A stretch of DNA of 64,000 nt, from contig NC_134481.1 in assembly GCF_964194025.1 (NCBI RefSeq), positions 41,478,001 through 41,542,000 on the forward strand, written 5' to 3'. The position numbers were made by a program, and so were the translations under genes. The stretch is from Convolutriloba macropyga (lineage: Eukaryota). The notes under the pieces were generated by a model. It ran no database searches, was not told where the DNA came from, and saw nothing but the letters and a program-made list of their open reading frames with translations. This document shows, one piece after another, positions 1 to 12,884 of the stretch; position 1 is the stretch's first letter, and each line of letters opens with the position of its first letter.

Positions 1-786
1 AGGACTTCTCCAATACTCTTCAAGTCGTTAAAAGACAGCGCCCCAATACAATTCAAATTCTTTGAATCGTAAAAACCAAGAGAAGGCCAATAATAGCCCC
101 AGCTATCGCTGTGCGGCTATTAATAAAACTGACATCATTTGAGTGCAGCTTAAAATTTTGAATGAGGTCAAAATTCAAAAAATCAATGAGGCAAGATCAA
201 GATGTAATAACACAGTTGAGCGGAATTTCAGCATAAAAACAAAAGACACAGTACTTACCATAACAGCTTCAAACATCGTCCGAGAGCAATTAAACAAACT
301 TCAACCAATTATCGCATGACTGAATGCTAAATGAGAGCCACATACACCAAACAAAAATCCGGAAAAGTAACTGAAAACTCTTGAATCACTGATATTTTGA
401 GTTAAAAAGAGCCAATATATTTTTGTGGCCTTTCTTTAGGAGCCATTAATTTTAAATTTAAAGAACTTCAAAAATTCACAAAAGGCTAACGTAAAGCTTC
501 GAGAGGTGACTATTTATCAAAAAGTAAACTTTGAAGCATTTTTTCGGATTTGATCATAAAAATTGAACAGCTCGGCTTGCTACCATCATTTCCTCAGTAA
601 ATTATTTGATGAACCTTGCCTTCGGACCAATCGCCCGTAATTCCTTCGATTTAATCGAAATAATCACGAGGACCATAACATCTGACAAAAATGTCTGTAA
701 AACAATAACTTTTAATTTCTCATTAAAATTTAAACATCAATTCAAACTCCAAAATTGTCTCTTCTGGAAACACAACTACAAGCGCA

Positions 787-1038
787 CTAGAGAGCTTCCT
801 CGTCAAAATGGAATTCTCCCAGTCCAGGTCCACACTTCTTAGCCTTGGTAAGGAGGTCTGAAATTTCCTTGATTGCGTCTACCTGCTCCTTCAGGAACTC
901 TCCCTCTAAGAAGTCAGCGAATTGGAAATCTGAGTGTTTGTCGGCAACCTTGTGGAGGTCAATGAGGGCTTGGTTCACATCTCTCTCCAGTTTGAGTGTC
1001 AAAGTCAACATGTCCACAATGCTTCCGTACTCTGAGGT
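787..1038 (-). CDS. FTH1: Ferritin (H-type), last coding exon
   Basis: Acceptor tttatgcag|ACC at 1039/1038. Encodes TSEYGSIVDMLTLTLKLERDVNQALIDLHKVA...DFLEGEFLKEQVDAIKEISD...GLGEFHFDEEAL*, including ferroxidase E107/Q141 equivalents. Confidence 0.95.
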   Translation of the reverse strand, partial: TSEYGSIVDMLTLTLKLERDVNQALIDLHKVADKHSDFQFADFLEGEFLKEQVDAIKEISDLLTKAKKCGPGLGEFHFDEEAL

Positions 1039-1830
1039 CTGCATAAAGATATTATTAAAATTACTAACGAGGTCCGGAAATTTTAAGACCGCCGTAAAGT
1101 ATGACCATATACAAAAGATCACTGTACAACTTAGACGCAAAGGTTACCTGCCTCTGATGAAGTACCTTAGGCAATCTGGAATTCATCGAGAACAACTTAG
1201 CGGTTCCAGATGTAAGTCCGAATTGCAAACTAACTTTAGCAGAGTCACTTAACGACTACCATCGCACAAATTACTCTCAAAGGACAGGGGAAGATTTGGC
1301 TTTCACTGTAGCTAGATTAAGCAGAGGGAGGCTAGCCTGAGAGGGCAAGAAAACATTGGGTGGGGGCTAGAGGGGAGGAGGGGGCTGTCTAAGCTCGCCC
1401 TTTAAACCATGAAAAGCTTATCCTCAAACCTTCTTCAGCAATTTTGTCGAATCAATTAGAGCTTGGAACTTACTTAGAACTTGGAATTAGAGCTTGGAAG
1501 TCTTTCAGCATTAAGAGAGCAGCTCATACGCTTTATGCACTGGACTATACCAATTTATCCCGTTTTTGAAGACAGAAAGTCAAGTTGAATCGCTCAAGCG
1601 AGCCAAAAAAATTGTTTTAAAAACTCAAAACTGTCAAGCAGAAGTTTTGCACAAATAAAAACATAGCCACAAAAAACCGAAAACGAGCAGTCGAATGTGC
1701 CGAAAAATCAACCCTTGAAGAAAACTATTATAACCAATCATTAAAAAAACTCTAAAATAAGGTCAAAACATAAACCGACTGACTAATGTCAGAAAAATTG
1801 CTCTCGAACGACACGCGAGTGGAAAATTTT

Positions 1831-1904
1831 TGGCCCACGTCGGGATTCGAAACAATGACCTCCCGCTCCCTAACCAGAAGCACTGCCCACTCGGCTATCC
1901 GACC
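1831..1904 (-). pseudogene. tRNA-derived pseudogene / SINE head (tRNA-Pro-like) in ferritin intron
   Basis: Minus strand reads GGTCGGATAGCCGAGTGG (A box)...TTCTGGTTAGGGAGCGGGAGGTC...GTTTCGAATCCC (B box)...GGGCCA. It resembles tRNA-Pro(AGG), but the stems are mismatched. Confidence 0.55.
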
Positions 1905-2158
1905 CTTCTTGTTGCTATGCTGCAACCAATTTTATATTTGCAACAAGCCTTACTTCGGAGTGATAGCAATCGAGATCACTCAAAAATGAAGATCGAAAGC
2001 GTGAAAAAGTCACTTGAGAACAACGAATGTTCTAGAAGAAAAGCGCAAAAACGGTCAAGCAAAAAATTTACATAAAAAAGACCAACACGTTTACAATAAA
2101 TGCTGCGAACTTCGTTCCAGGGCAGTTACTTAGTACTTGGGGGACGAACAAAACGTAC

Positions 2159-2297
2159 CTCTGGTTTGGCGATGTCTTGGAAGACGATCCTTCCTCCCCT
2201 CTTGTTCTGGTACTCCATCAGTTTCTCAGCATGGTCTTTCTCCTCATCTGAACTCTTCTTGAAAAACTTGTGCAGGTTCTTGTGTGCAACATCATCT
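2159..2297 (-). CDS. FTH1: Ferritin, middle coding exon
   Basis: Acceptor ataaag|A and donor GAG|gtacgt. Encodes (R)[46 protein letters not shown] with the EExxH ferroxidase motif. Phases fit the neighbouring exons. Confidence 0.95.
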
Positions 2298-2829
2298 CTT
2301 TATATCACACACAGACATGCAGGAATTGTTGTATGTCACTTCAATTAATAATTTTTTTTGAAATTATGCAATCGGAAAATTTCGAATAACCATACAAGTA
2401 GTAAGCAAATAAACTTAGCACCTGGCAATAGAGAGTTAATAACAGTCAAAATTATACTAATCGAGTTCTTTAAATGGAGTACATATTACTCAAGAGACTT
2501 CAAAAATGGTCAAACGCGAGATAAAATTGAGAACAACTGACCAAAATTGTATACCCAGAAACGAACCAAGATTCATTGTAAATTAAATATTTCACTTCCG
2601 GGAAAAAACAACTAAATCTATACATCAGATAGATCACTAAAAAATACAAGATAAATTTACAAGTATTTAAAAGTTTGGTTTTACAAACTAAATAAGAAAC
2701 GAAGTTTGTGCAATGTCCGTTTAAGCGTCCATACTTTTTTTTAAAAAAATATCATGAGATAAGAAAAGATCTAAATTTATTTCCCTCAAGGGGGGTTTAC
2801 TTTTATTTCCTTTATTTAAGCATGCATGC

Positions 2830-2945
2830 CTGTCGCAGTAGTATGCGAGGGAAAGATAGATGTAGGAAGCCGTCAACTCCATGTTGATCTGTTTATTGAT
2901 GCCAGCCTCGCACTCCTCGTGAAAATTCTGTCGACACTGAGACAT
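2830..2945 (-). CDS. FTH1: Ferritin, first coding exon
   Basis: [38 protein letters not shown](R). The donor must be AG|gcatgc (GC-AG) to join exon 2 in frame. The spliced product is 168 aa. Confidence 0.93.
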
Positions 2946-3186
2946 TGCTGTGGATCTACTTTGAGTTGACAAAAAGGGTCTATGAGTTAAAAAGTGAAAG
3001 TTTTTGTTAATTGGTTGCTTTGTTATAGATTTCTGAAGCGACTTTACTGCGATCGAGTTGAAGTTAAACTGATTTGAGTCTCTCTGATGTTGATCTTTAA
3101 GACTTGCACTGTAAATGTTCAAATTCCTTCTATGACACGCTGCAAATGATAGCAATGTAATAAGAGGAATTTAGAGCCAACCACTT

Positions 3187-3220
3187 GTAAACAACGAACA
3201 ATATTGTAAACAATAAACAA
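3187..3220 (-). promoter_or_regulatory. Clustered forkhead (FoxO/DAF-16-type) sites upstream of ferritin
   Basis: TTGTTTAC occurs twice on the minus strand (3187-3194, 3206-3213), plus TTGTTTA at 3214-3220, about 250 bp upstream of the ATG. Confidence 0.35.
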
Positions 3221-4478
3221 AGGTTAATGGGCAGAGAAGTATATTTCAATACAAGTTTCATCACAATTTACGCAAACATTGTAATTTGAAACACCTTTGG
3301 TATTTATTGTTTGCGATCTGCGGTATGATTTGTACTTCAGAAGAACAGCGGCATTCTTCAATTGAACTAAGTAGCTTCAAATAGGGGTCAAAAGGAAACA
3401 AGGTCCATTTAAAGTTTTCGATTCGACTTTGAAAAAATTTATAGGGTCTCAAAGGACTGCTAATATGGCCGAGAAATCATCAATTGACACAAGAAAAGTT
3501 AAAAGTTGATTTGAGAAAAAAATTGGGACAAATTAAGTTAAATAAAAAGATGATTTATGTTCTTCAGAATTTAACGTAAATTTGGCTGAGAACATAACGT
3601 CGGAAGAAATGCTCTCAAACTATTGCAGTCGACTTCAGACGGGAGAGGTAACTAAATTCACTATGGGGGCTACAAATGGAGTCATTAGAGGTTATTATAT
3701 AACCACTAAAAATTTAAACCGAAAAATTATGACACCAATATTGGCGCACTTTTAATTTGACTTTTAGTAGTGAGCTGCCGTCACTTGAGTTCAGCTGCTG
3801 ACACTTGTAAATGAGAAATTTAGATCACGCAAAACGAAAAAGTCAAGGGCGTAAAAGTCACTCGAAAACGGTCAAGCAAAAATTTTGCATAAAAAATCCA
3901 ACCCCATTACAATAAATGCAGAGAGCAACTCAAAACTGAATTTACAGTTGAAACAAGGCCTGCAGATTGCAAGACAATAGTCGCCCAATATACTGCCAAG
4001 AACACTGAGACCAAAGAGTTCTCCAAACGAACTTCCGTTTTTATCCTTAATTTAAATGAAGTTAAAAACACTTTCAAATATTAGCGTTTAGTCTACCTCT
4101 ACGCAATTTCAAATTAAGGTTTCAACTAAATACAATTTCAATGACAGTGAGGTTAGTCATAGAAGGGAAAAAAGGACGTGACCGTGACGCTCACAAATTT
4201 AGCTCATGAGTTATAGAAACCACCGAAACCAAATTTGCTGCCCGAATGAGTACATCAAATGGTCACCTTGCACAAAAAAAGAAACGTGAGGAATTTAAAG
4301 ACATACCAAACGACTAAATGTTAGGAAATCAGCCGAGCCCTGGGTTCATTTAGCCACAATACAAAAACGATCGAAAAAAATAAGGCTGTTATGATCGGCA
4401 TAAATCTTCCCCGTACTTTTTAAGGAATATCTAGTTGTAACATTATACGCGCTCACCTATAATAAACAAAAAGCAACT

Positions 4479-4947
4479 AAACATAACCGACAAACGTCGG
4501 GCGAATTGCTCTCAAACAACGGGTGGTCGGTTGGCTTCGGCAGTAGCCAGCTGGGGCTTAGGTATGCTAGCGTTGTGGGGGAAGAGATGTGGGGAGGGTG
4601 GAGGGGGTCAAGCGACGGGGAGGAGGGTAGGGTTGTGCGAGAGCTGGACGAGAGGTGGACCAAATCACCAGGTTGGAGAGGTTGGACGATGGAAAGAGTG
4701 GGGGTCCAACATTTAAGAACCTCCCCCTCACACCCTGAAATGTCTTCTCAAAACTTTTTCGGTGAATCGGATACTTAGAAACTGGTGAGGCGTAAGTCTA
4801 TAAGAGAGCTGCTCGGTCACTTAATGCCCTCCAAGCGCTACCTGTTTATCCCGTTTTTGAGAACGAAAACTCAAATAGGTCAGACACAAAATCGCATAAA
4901 GACCACTGAACTAATATAATTGCTACAATTTTCGTTTGAGAGCAGTT
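4479..4947 (-). mobile_element. Non-autonomous Helentron-like element (HINE/DINE-1 type)
   Basis: Subterminal inverted repeats AATTGCTCTCAAAC.A / TCGTTTGAGAGCA(A/G)TT, a terminal hairpin CCGAC-N4-GTCGG followed by TTATGTTT, and a G-rich variable middle. Confidence 0.7.
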
Positions 4948-6020
4948 AACAATTTCTTGTACTTCCAAGTGAATCAAAGAAGTAACGTTCAAAAAAACTG
5001 ACACATGCAAAAGTTTCCGTTATATCAGGAGACATTACAAAATCAAAAACCAGAAGGATTATTCAGCTATAAAGAAAAGTTGGAAGAACCAAGATTCCTA
5101 AAGCATTTCAAATCAACAAAGAAAGTTACATCTGGTCTTAGCAGCACAGAATTTAAACACTTTCTTTTGTGCTTTATTTATTAAACAACTGAACACAATC
5201 ATCAAACTCATATTGACCTTTAAAACTCAACCATAAAAAATCATACCATAGCACCCAATCATTATTTTATATACATCAAGAACCTATCGAAGTGTACAAA
5301 TAAAATTCATAGGGGGAATTACTGATCGTTGAAACTTGGCAGAGAAAATTTATCCAAACAAAAAAGCGGTGCTCTTAAAATTCAGCGTTTGTGTCAGAAG
5401 TGATATAACCCTATCCGCGGACAAAAACCACAATCAGAAACAACTACAGACGGGTCAGTTGCTCCCAAACGACCGGCATGTCCTCGTGTGGGGGCATTCG
5501 ATATTTAAAAAATTTCCCTTGCAACTTTTCCGCCTTCACGGCGTATTTTTCTATCGCTGCGCATCTCGAAGGACCAGTAACATTTCAAGACAACTGCAAC
5601 CTGACACAAGGCTTATCGGAATTACCAGTATATCTCGTATCTGGTAATCAGACGAGAAATCAGTCTTAGGAAAATTCGCATAAAAATTGACTATCAGGAC
5701 TAATACAGCTGCAACAAATTTAGTTCGAGAGCAATCAAATCACAAAATTTCCAAACACACAACATTGCTCTCTGTAGAAGCTTTTTGAATACTCTGCCAA
5801 AAAATAAACAAATTCAACGGAATAAATGAAAAATCACCTTTAAAATAGCATTATTTTACGTTGTTCCAATTTCTTTTGAAAACACAGATTTGTTTGCATG
5901 GATAAATCATAAAACATGCAGGAATGATAATTTAAAGAACACAAGTGATATATGGTGACAAGGATATTTCAGAAGAGTGGCTCATGAATGCCAAATTTTG
6001 ACAGCAAAATTAGAAACCAT

Positions 6021-6400
6021 AACATAATCGACTAACGTCGGGCAAAGTGCTCTCAAACGACTGGCGAGCGATTGGTTTCCTTAGTATGACACGGAGGGGG
6101 CAGGGGTTGCACATGAGGGAGAAGGAGGGCAGGTGTAATGAGGTATATGAGGAGGTGGAATTGGGGTGGGGGTTAAATTGGGGGCAACTTTGAGTGGTTT
6201 AAAAGAGGAGGTGCTGTCAAATTCTAAGAACCACTCTTCCCACCATAATTTTATGTCTCTTAGACTGTTTCGGTGAGTCGCATACTTGGGGACTAGCGAG
6301 CCGTACGGCTCTAAGAGCTGTTAATGCCCTATGGGATTTACCTGTTTTTCTGCTTTCAAGGACAAAAAATTGGTCGAGCAAACAATTGACAAGATAGACC
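6021..6400 (-). mobile_element. HINE-like element, truncated (duplicate at ~9419-9800)
   Basis: AACATAATCGACTAACGTCGG hairpin end, GTGCTCTCAAACGA subTIR and shared core GTTTCGGTGAGTCGCATACTTGG. Confidence 0.6.
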
Positions 6401-7895
6401 GTACGACTTTAATTATTTTAAAAACAGATTGTACAACCCCAGTGCATTAAGAAAATAGGCTCTAAGAAAACAGCCCTGTTGAATAGATGATGGGGTGGAA
6501 TGCTTGAAATAAAGTAGAACGGCTAAATTAGTCTTTTTTAGCAACTATCAAAGACCTAGTGTTCGTTAATTGCATCAATTGCAGGACAAAAATTCGAAAA
6601 AGTAAAATAAGCAAATACCTGTTTGAGTTTAAAGACTATGAAGACATCTGAAAAAAGACCAACAGTTCAAATAGAAAACAATTTATCTTTGATGTTCGAT
6701 TATTTAATTGGAACAACTTTATTTCATTTTATCGTTTTTATTAATTTTGTAATACGCGTCAACAGACTTTTGTTGAAGGCTTTTCAAAAAAAATCACAGC
6801 AAAAATAAAAATGATTCAGATAAAGCTCTACTCTCTTTCAAATAAGCAATGCTTGAAATTCTAGAAAAAATATAAGGTACTATATGCCGAGTTTAAGCAA
6901 ACACGGGAAAATTGCGCAACTTTGCTTCACTGAAGTTTAGTTTTATATATCAAACAGTACCCTAACACTCATCTCAAGGTTGGTTAGTTTTGATAGAATT
7001 GTTAACGTTTTGGAAATGGGGATATAAAATTTTATTGTTCGAATTTTGAATTTAATTAGAACTTTGAAAATATAACACTTCATAGAACAATAATTTCAAA
7101 TATAGAGTTCCAAAGCTCTTACTTTTTCCAATTCCACAATCATTCAGAATTTCCCAGCAGCAACTTATGGTTAATGGTTCACATTCAGCTTATTTTCTAT
7201 TACTTTATTTTTGTAAAATTCGTATCTTGAAGCATATAACTATTCCAAAAAACATGTCTAATATAACCGAATAAAAATGAACACCCCATCGAACTCAATT
7301 GTGTTCTTCTCATTGTTTCTTCACATAAACATTTTCGACTTTTCAAATGAAAGAACAAATTCGCTATCTTGAGATGAAAACGCTTATGCTTAGCACTTTC
7401 AGTGCTCGCAGATATTTCCAGACCAATATGTAAACTGATAAATAATCTGTTCTGCGAAGCAATTACAACCCACAAACATCGGACGAATTGCTCTCAAGTG
7501 ATTGGTGGGACACGATTCTATTGTATATGCAATAGAATGAAAAAATTCAATAGAATGAAGTCGAAGCAAGCAGATACTCTCAATAACCGCTACAGTACTG
7601 CGATAATCAGAACGGATTCATAAAAATAACTAATTAATAAAAATTAATTCATAAAAACATCAGTTGAGTTTGTAATCATGAAAATGCTGAGTTGGTGTTT
7701 TGATTTTGAAACATGAAAAAGATCGTCTGAGTAAATGTAAATAAAATTCTACGGAGCTTAAAGCCTTAATCACCGAGCTGTTTCTGATTCTGTATACTAG
7801 ATAAACCGAGAAGACTATTAAAAAAAGTTATCGATTACAGCACACAAAATGTCACTTAGGTCATAATAAGAAACAATAAGAAACAAAAAGCAACT

Positions 7896-8345
7896 AAACA
7901 TAACCGACAAATGTCGGGCGAATTGCTCTCAAACGACGGGTGGACGGTTGGCTTCGGCAGTAGCCAGCTGGGGCTTGGGTATGCTAGCATTGCGGGGGAA
8001 GAGGCGTGGGGTGGGTGGACGGCGTCAAGCGATGGGGAGGGTTGTGCGAGAGCTGGGCCAAATCACCAGGTTGGAGAGGTTGGACGATGGAAAGAGTGGG
8101 GGTCCAACATTTAAGAACCTCCCCCTCACACCCTGAAATGTCTTCTCAAAACTTTTTCGGTGAATCGGATACTTAGAAACTGGTGAGGCGTAAGTCTATA
8201 AGAGAGCTGCTCGGTCACTTAATGCCCTCCAAGCGCTACCTGTTTATCCCGTTTTTGAGAACGAAAACTCAAATAGGTCAGACACAAAATCGCATAAAGA
8301 CCACTGAACTAATATAATTGCTACAATTTTCGTTTGAGAGCAGTC
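7896..8345 (-). mobile_element. HINE-like element (duplicate of 4479-4947)
   Basis: Same hairpin and subTIR structure as 4479-4947. Confidence 0.7.
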
Positions 8346-10771
8346 AACAATTTCTTGTACTTCCAAGTGAATCAAAGAAGTAACGTTCAAAAAAACTGAC
8401 ACATGCAAAAGTTTCCGTTATATCAGGAGACATTACAAAATCAAAAACCAGAAGGATTATTCAGCTATAAAGAAAAGTTGGAAGAACCAAGATTCCTAAA
8501 GCATTTCAAATCAACAAAGAAAGTTACATCTGGTCTTAGCAGCACAGAATTTAAACACTTTCTTTTGTGCTTTATTTATTAAACAACTGAACACAATCAT
8601 CAAACTCATATTGACCTTTAAAACTCAACCATAAAAAATCATACCATAGCACCCAATCATTATTTTATATACATCAAGAACCTATCGAAGTGTACAAATA
8701 AAATTCATAGGGGGAATTACTGATCGTTGAAACTTGGCAGAGAAAATTTATCCAAACAAAAAAGCGGTGCTCTTAAAATTCAGCGTTTGTGTCAGAAGTG
8801 ATATAACCCTATCCGCGGACAAAAACCACAATCAGAAACAACTACAGACGGGTCAGTTGCTCCCAAACGACCGGCATGCCCTCGTGTGGGGGCATTCGAT
8901 ATTTAAAAAATTTCCCTTGCAACTTTTCCGCCTTCACGGCGTATTTTTCTATCGCTGCGCATCTCGAAGGACCAGTAACATTTCAAGACAACTGCAACCT
9001 GACACAAGGCTTATCGGAATTACCAGTATATCTCGTATCTGGTAATCAGACGAGAAATCAGTCTTAGGAAAATTCGCATAAAAATTGACTATCAGGACTA
9101 ATACAGCTGCAACAAATTTAGTTCGAGAGCAATCAAATCACAAAATTTCCAAACACACAACATTGCTCTCTGTAGAAGCTTTTTGAATACTCTGCCAAAA
9201 AATAAACAAATTAAACGGAATAAATGAAAAATCACCTTTAAAATAGCATTATTTTACGTTGTTCCAATTTCTTTTGAAAACACAGATTTGTTTGCATGGA
9301 TAAATCATAAAACATGCAGGAATGATAATTTAAAGAACACAAGTGATATATGGTGACAAGGATATTTCAGAAGAGTGGCTCATGAATGCCAAATTTTGAC
9401 AGCAAAATTAGAAACCATAACATAATCGACTAACGTCGGGCAAAGTGCTCTCAAACGACTGGCGAGCGATTGGTTTCCTTAGTATGACACGGAGGGGGCA
9501 GGGGTTGCACATGAGGGAGAAGGAGGGCAGGTGTAATGAGGTATATGAGGAGGTGGAATTGGGGTGGGGGTTAAATTGGGGGCAACTTTGAGTGGTTTAA
9601 AAGAGGAGGTGCTGTCAAATTCTAAGAACCACTCTTCCCACCATAATTTTATGTCTCTTAGACTGTTTCGGTGAGTCGCATACTTGGGGACTAGCGAGCC
9701 GTACGGCTCTAAGAGCTGTTAATGCCCTATGGGATTTACCTGTTTTTCTGTTTTCAAGGACAAAAAATTGGTCGAGCAAACAACTGACAAGATAGACCGT
9801 ACGACTTTAATTATTTTAAAAACAGATTGTACAACCCCAGTGCATTAAGAAAATAGGTTCTAAGAAAACAGCCCTGTTGAATAGATGATGGGGTGGAATG
9901 CTTGAAATAAAGTAGAACGGCTAAATTAGTCTTTTTTAGCAACTATCAAAGACCTAGTGTTCGTTAATTGCATCAATTGCAGGACAAAAATTCGAAAAAG
10001 TAAAATAAGCAAATACCTGTTTGAGTTTAAAGACTATGAAGACATCTGAAAAAGACCAACAGTTCAAATAGACTGAAAAAGACCAACTTTTCAAAAAAAA
10101 TCACAGCAAAAATAAAATTGATTCAGATAAAGCTCTACTCTCTTTCAAATAAGCGTTGCTTGAAATTCTAGAAAAAAATATAAGGTACTATATGCCGAGT
10201 TTAAGCAAACACGGGAAAATTGCGCAACTTTGCTTCACTGAAGTTTAGTTTTATATATCAAACAGTACCCTAACACTCATCTCAAGGTTGGTTAGTTTTG
10301 ATAGAAATGTTAACGTTTTGGAAATGGGGATATAAAATTTTATCGTTCGAATTTTGAATTTAATTAGAACTTTGAAAATATAACAATTCATAGAACAATT
10401 ATTTCAAATATAGAGTTCCAAAGCTCTTACTTTTTCCAATTACACAATCATTCAGAATTTCCCAGCAGCAACTTATGGTTAATGGTTTACATTCAGCTTA
10501 TTTTCTATTACTTTATTTTTGTAAAATTCGTATCTTGAAGCATATAACTATTCCAAAAAACATGTCTAATTTAACCGAATAAAAATGAACACCCCATCGA
10601 ACTCAATTGTGTTCTTCTCATTGTTTCTTCGCATAAACATTTTCGACTTTTCAAATGAAAGAACAAATTCGCTATCTTGAGATGAAAACTCTTATGCTTA
10701 GCACTTTCAGTGCTCGCAGATATTTCCAGACCAAAATGTAAACTGATAAAAAATCTGTTCTGCGAAGCAAT

Positions 10772-11068
10772 TACAACCCGCAAACACCGGACGAATTGCT
10801 CTCAAATGACTGGTGGGACATGATTCTATTGTAGATAGCTTCCACAATTTGGCCACAATTTTCCGTGGAATTTTAGTAGTAAACTCCCGACATTTTTTGA
10901 GCTCAGCTGCTTAAAATTGCGAATAAGAGAGCAATTTAGATCACGGAAAACTCACAAGTTCAAGGAACTAAAAGTCACTCGAAAATTCAAATTGGTCAAG
11001 CAATAATGCTACATAAAAAACACACGATACCAATAATTGCTGCAAAATTATTTCTGTCGAGAGCAATT
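10772..11068 (-). mobile_element. HINE-like element, second internal type
   Basis: GAATTGCTCTCAAATGAC ... TGTCGAGAGCAATT termini. The internal sequence is related to 3590-3930 and 15958-16387. Confidence 0.55.
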
Positions 11069-12884
11069 AATCAACTCAAAATTAATTAACTGTGAACGAT
11101 TCTGGAAATACTCAATAAAAACTTAGATATTATTTTTACTCTTCATATATTGAATTAAAATCACTTTAAAAATTCAATAGAATGAAGTCGAAGCAAGCCG
11201 TTACTCTCAATAACCGCTACAGTTCTGCGATAATCAGAACGGATTCATAAAAATAACTAATTAATAAAAATTAGTTCATAAAAACATCAGTTGAGTTTGT
11301 AATCATGAAAATGCTGAGTTGGTGTTTTGATTTTGAAAAATGAAAAAGATCGTCTGAGTAAATGTAAATAAAATTCTACGGAGCTTAAAGCCTTAATCAC
11401 CGAGCTGTTTCTGATTCTGTATACTAGATAAACCGAGAAGACTATTAAAAAAAGACTATTAAAAAAACCGAGAAGACTATCGATTACAGCACACAAAATG
11501 TCACTTAGGTAAGTTGAGCCATAAAAAAGTAATAGGTGCCAATTTCGTAAACTTGCGATAAGCGCCTACCAAGGAGAACCCAAATAAATTTGGTTTGAAA
11601 TCGTTCTAAGTTCAACAATTTACATTAGGTTGAGAGAGGAGGACAACCTAATGTAAATTGTTTATAAGATGAACTTGACAAAAAGCTCTACTTGTTCAAC
11701 AGATAATTGACTAAGAGAGAGATGAAGCCTTGAGCAACAAGAAAATGTGTTGTAAGCGATATCCAAGTTTGAGAGCTTAAGACCAGTAGGCGTAACTGTT
11801 TGCACACTTCGTTAGAAAGTAGAGATGCGGGTTCGAATTCATTACCGTCCATTTTCACAGTCGTTGCGCCTGCTTAGACTCAACATTATGTTCTTTAAAA
11901 ACGAAGTTTTTAAAACGACGAGTTATGACTGGTTTGGGTTCCTCCCAGCTGTACATCTAGATAAGGAGTTCAAAATTTTTCAAAACTATCAATACGGTAA
12001 ACACAATAAATATGAAGAGAACACCTATGTTATATCAAATAGGATAGAAAATGAGCTTTTCCGACCCCCCCCCCCCCCCCCCCGTACATTATGCACGCCC
12101 GAGTTACAGACACAAGTCATTACACTTTAATTTATTATATAAAAATATGGCACGAGCGCGTGGGTTTCAAACATATGTACCCACACCCACCCCAGCTTTA
12201 AGGGCGTAAACTTTTCTGCCCCAGTCGCACTTTCTTTCATTTTTTCGGATTACAATTTGTAAGCGGGGTCGTAAAAACACTGGGGTGGGGGTGGGGGGTA
12301 CGAAACAATAGATTCGAAAAAGATATTAAAAATGGACTAACCAATGACGGAGTTTGAGTGACCTAGTGAAGCTATATGTTTGTTAGTGAGTGCCAGCACC
12401 CTATCACTCATACGGCCCTGTCTGACAGAGGACAGCAGAGTGACAAACTTCACTGCCTTATGAGCACCGCCACTGCCGGCCATGCTAAGATACTGCCAAG
12501 GTACTATTGGAATACTATCAACAAGCAGTCAAAAGTCAAGCATTCAATTATCTGAAGTCATTATGATTATAGACTCAAATATAACTGGGCATAACATGTA
12601 ATTCATAGTTAAGAGAATATTAGACTATTTCGTTTCGACGTATCGAGTTATTATTGGATTCAAGCGAGGGCTCTAGGCCGAGTAAAACTATTAGTAACGA
12701 TATTTTTATTAGCTTCAAGTTGATGTTGATATTTTTGTTAATACCGAAAATGTTCAAAAAATTTGAAACAAAAATTACATTAAAACTACTGACTTAAAAA
12801 CCAACCTTGCAAATAATTTTAACAAGACACTCGAAACAGTTTTGAAATTAAAAGCTCCAGCGAACTAATGGCCCACTTCTATAC

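Larger units (their letters stand above)
4459..11510. repeat. Tandem segmental duplication (copy 1 ~4459-7861, copy 2 ~7862-11510)
   Basis: Near-identical sequence (e.g. ORFs 5336-5647 and 8734-9045 differ by one residue), with copy-specific indels near 4620, 6676-6780 and 10834-11167. Confidence 0.92.

Noticed and set aside
845-1252. Plus-strand ORFs opposite ferritin, pol and polB
   Set aside because: Antisense shadows of real coding frames.
1831-1904. Functional tRNA
   Set aside because: The acceptor and anticodon stems are mismatched, and it sits in a repeat within an intron.
2946-2981. Spliced-leader trans-splice acceptors before the ferritin and KICS2 ATGs
   Set aside because: Plausible cis donors lie about 70 nt upstream in both genes, so ordinary 5'UTR introns explain them.
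3100-3120. Iron-responsive element (CAGTGC loop)
   Set aside because: The flanks ATTTA and AAGTC cannot form the upper stem.
5336-5669. Duplicated 103-aa ORF (also 8734-9045)
   Set aside because: TTG start, no domain, overlaps a repeat; its conservation is explained by the recent duplication.
11781-11851. tRNA-like sequence with B box GGTTCGAATTC
   Set aside because: No convincing cloverleaf; at most a decayed SINE head.
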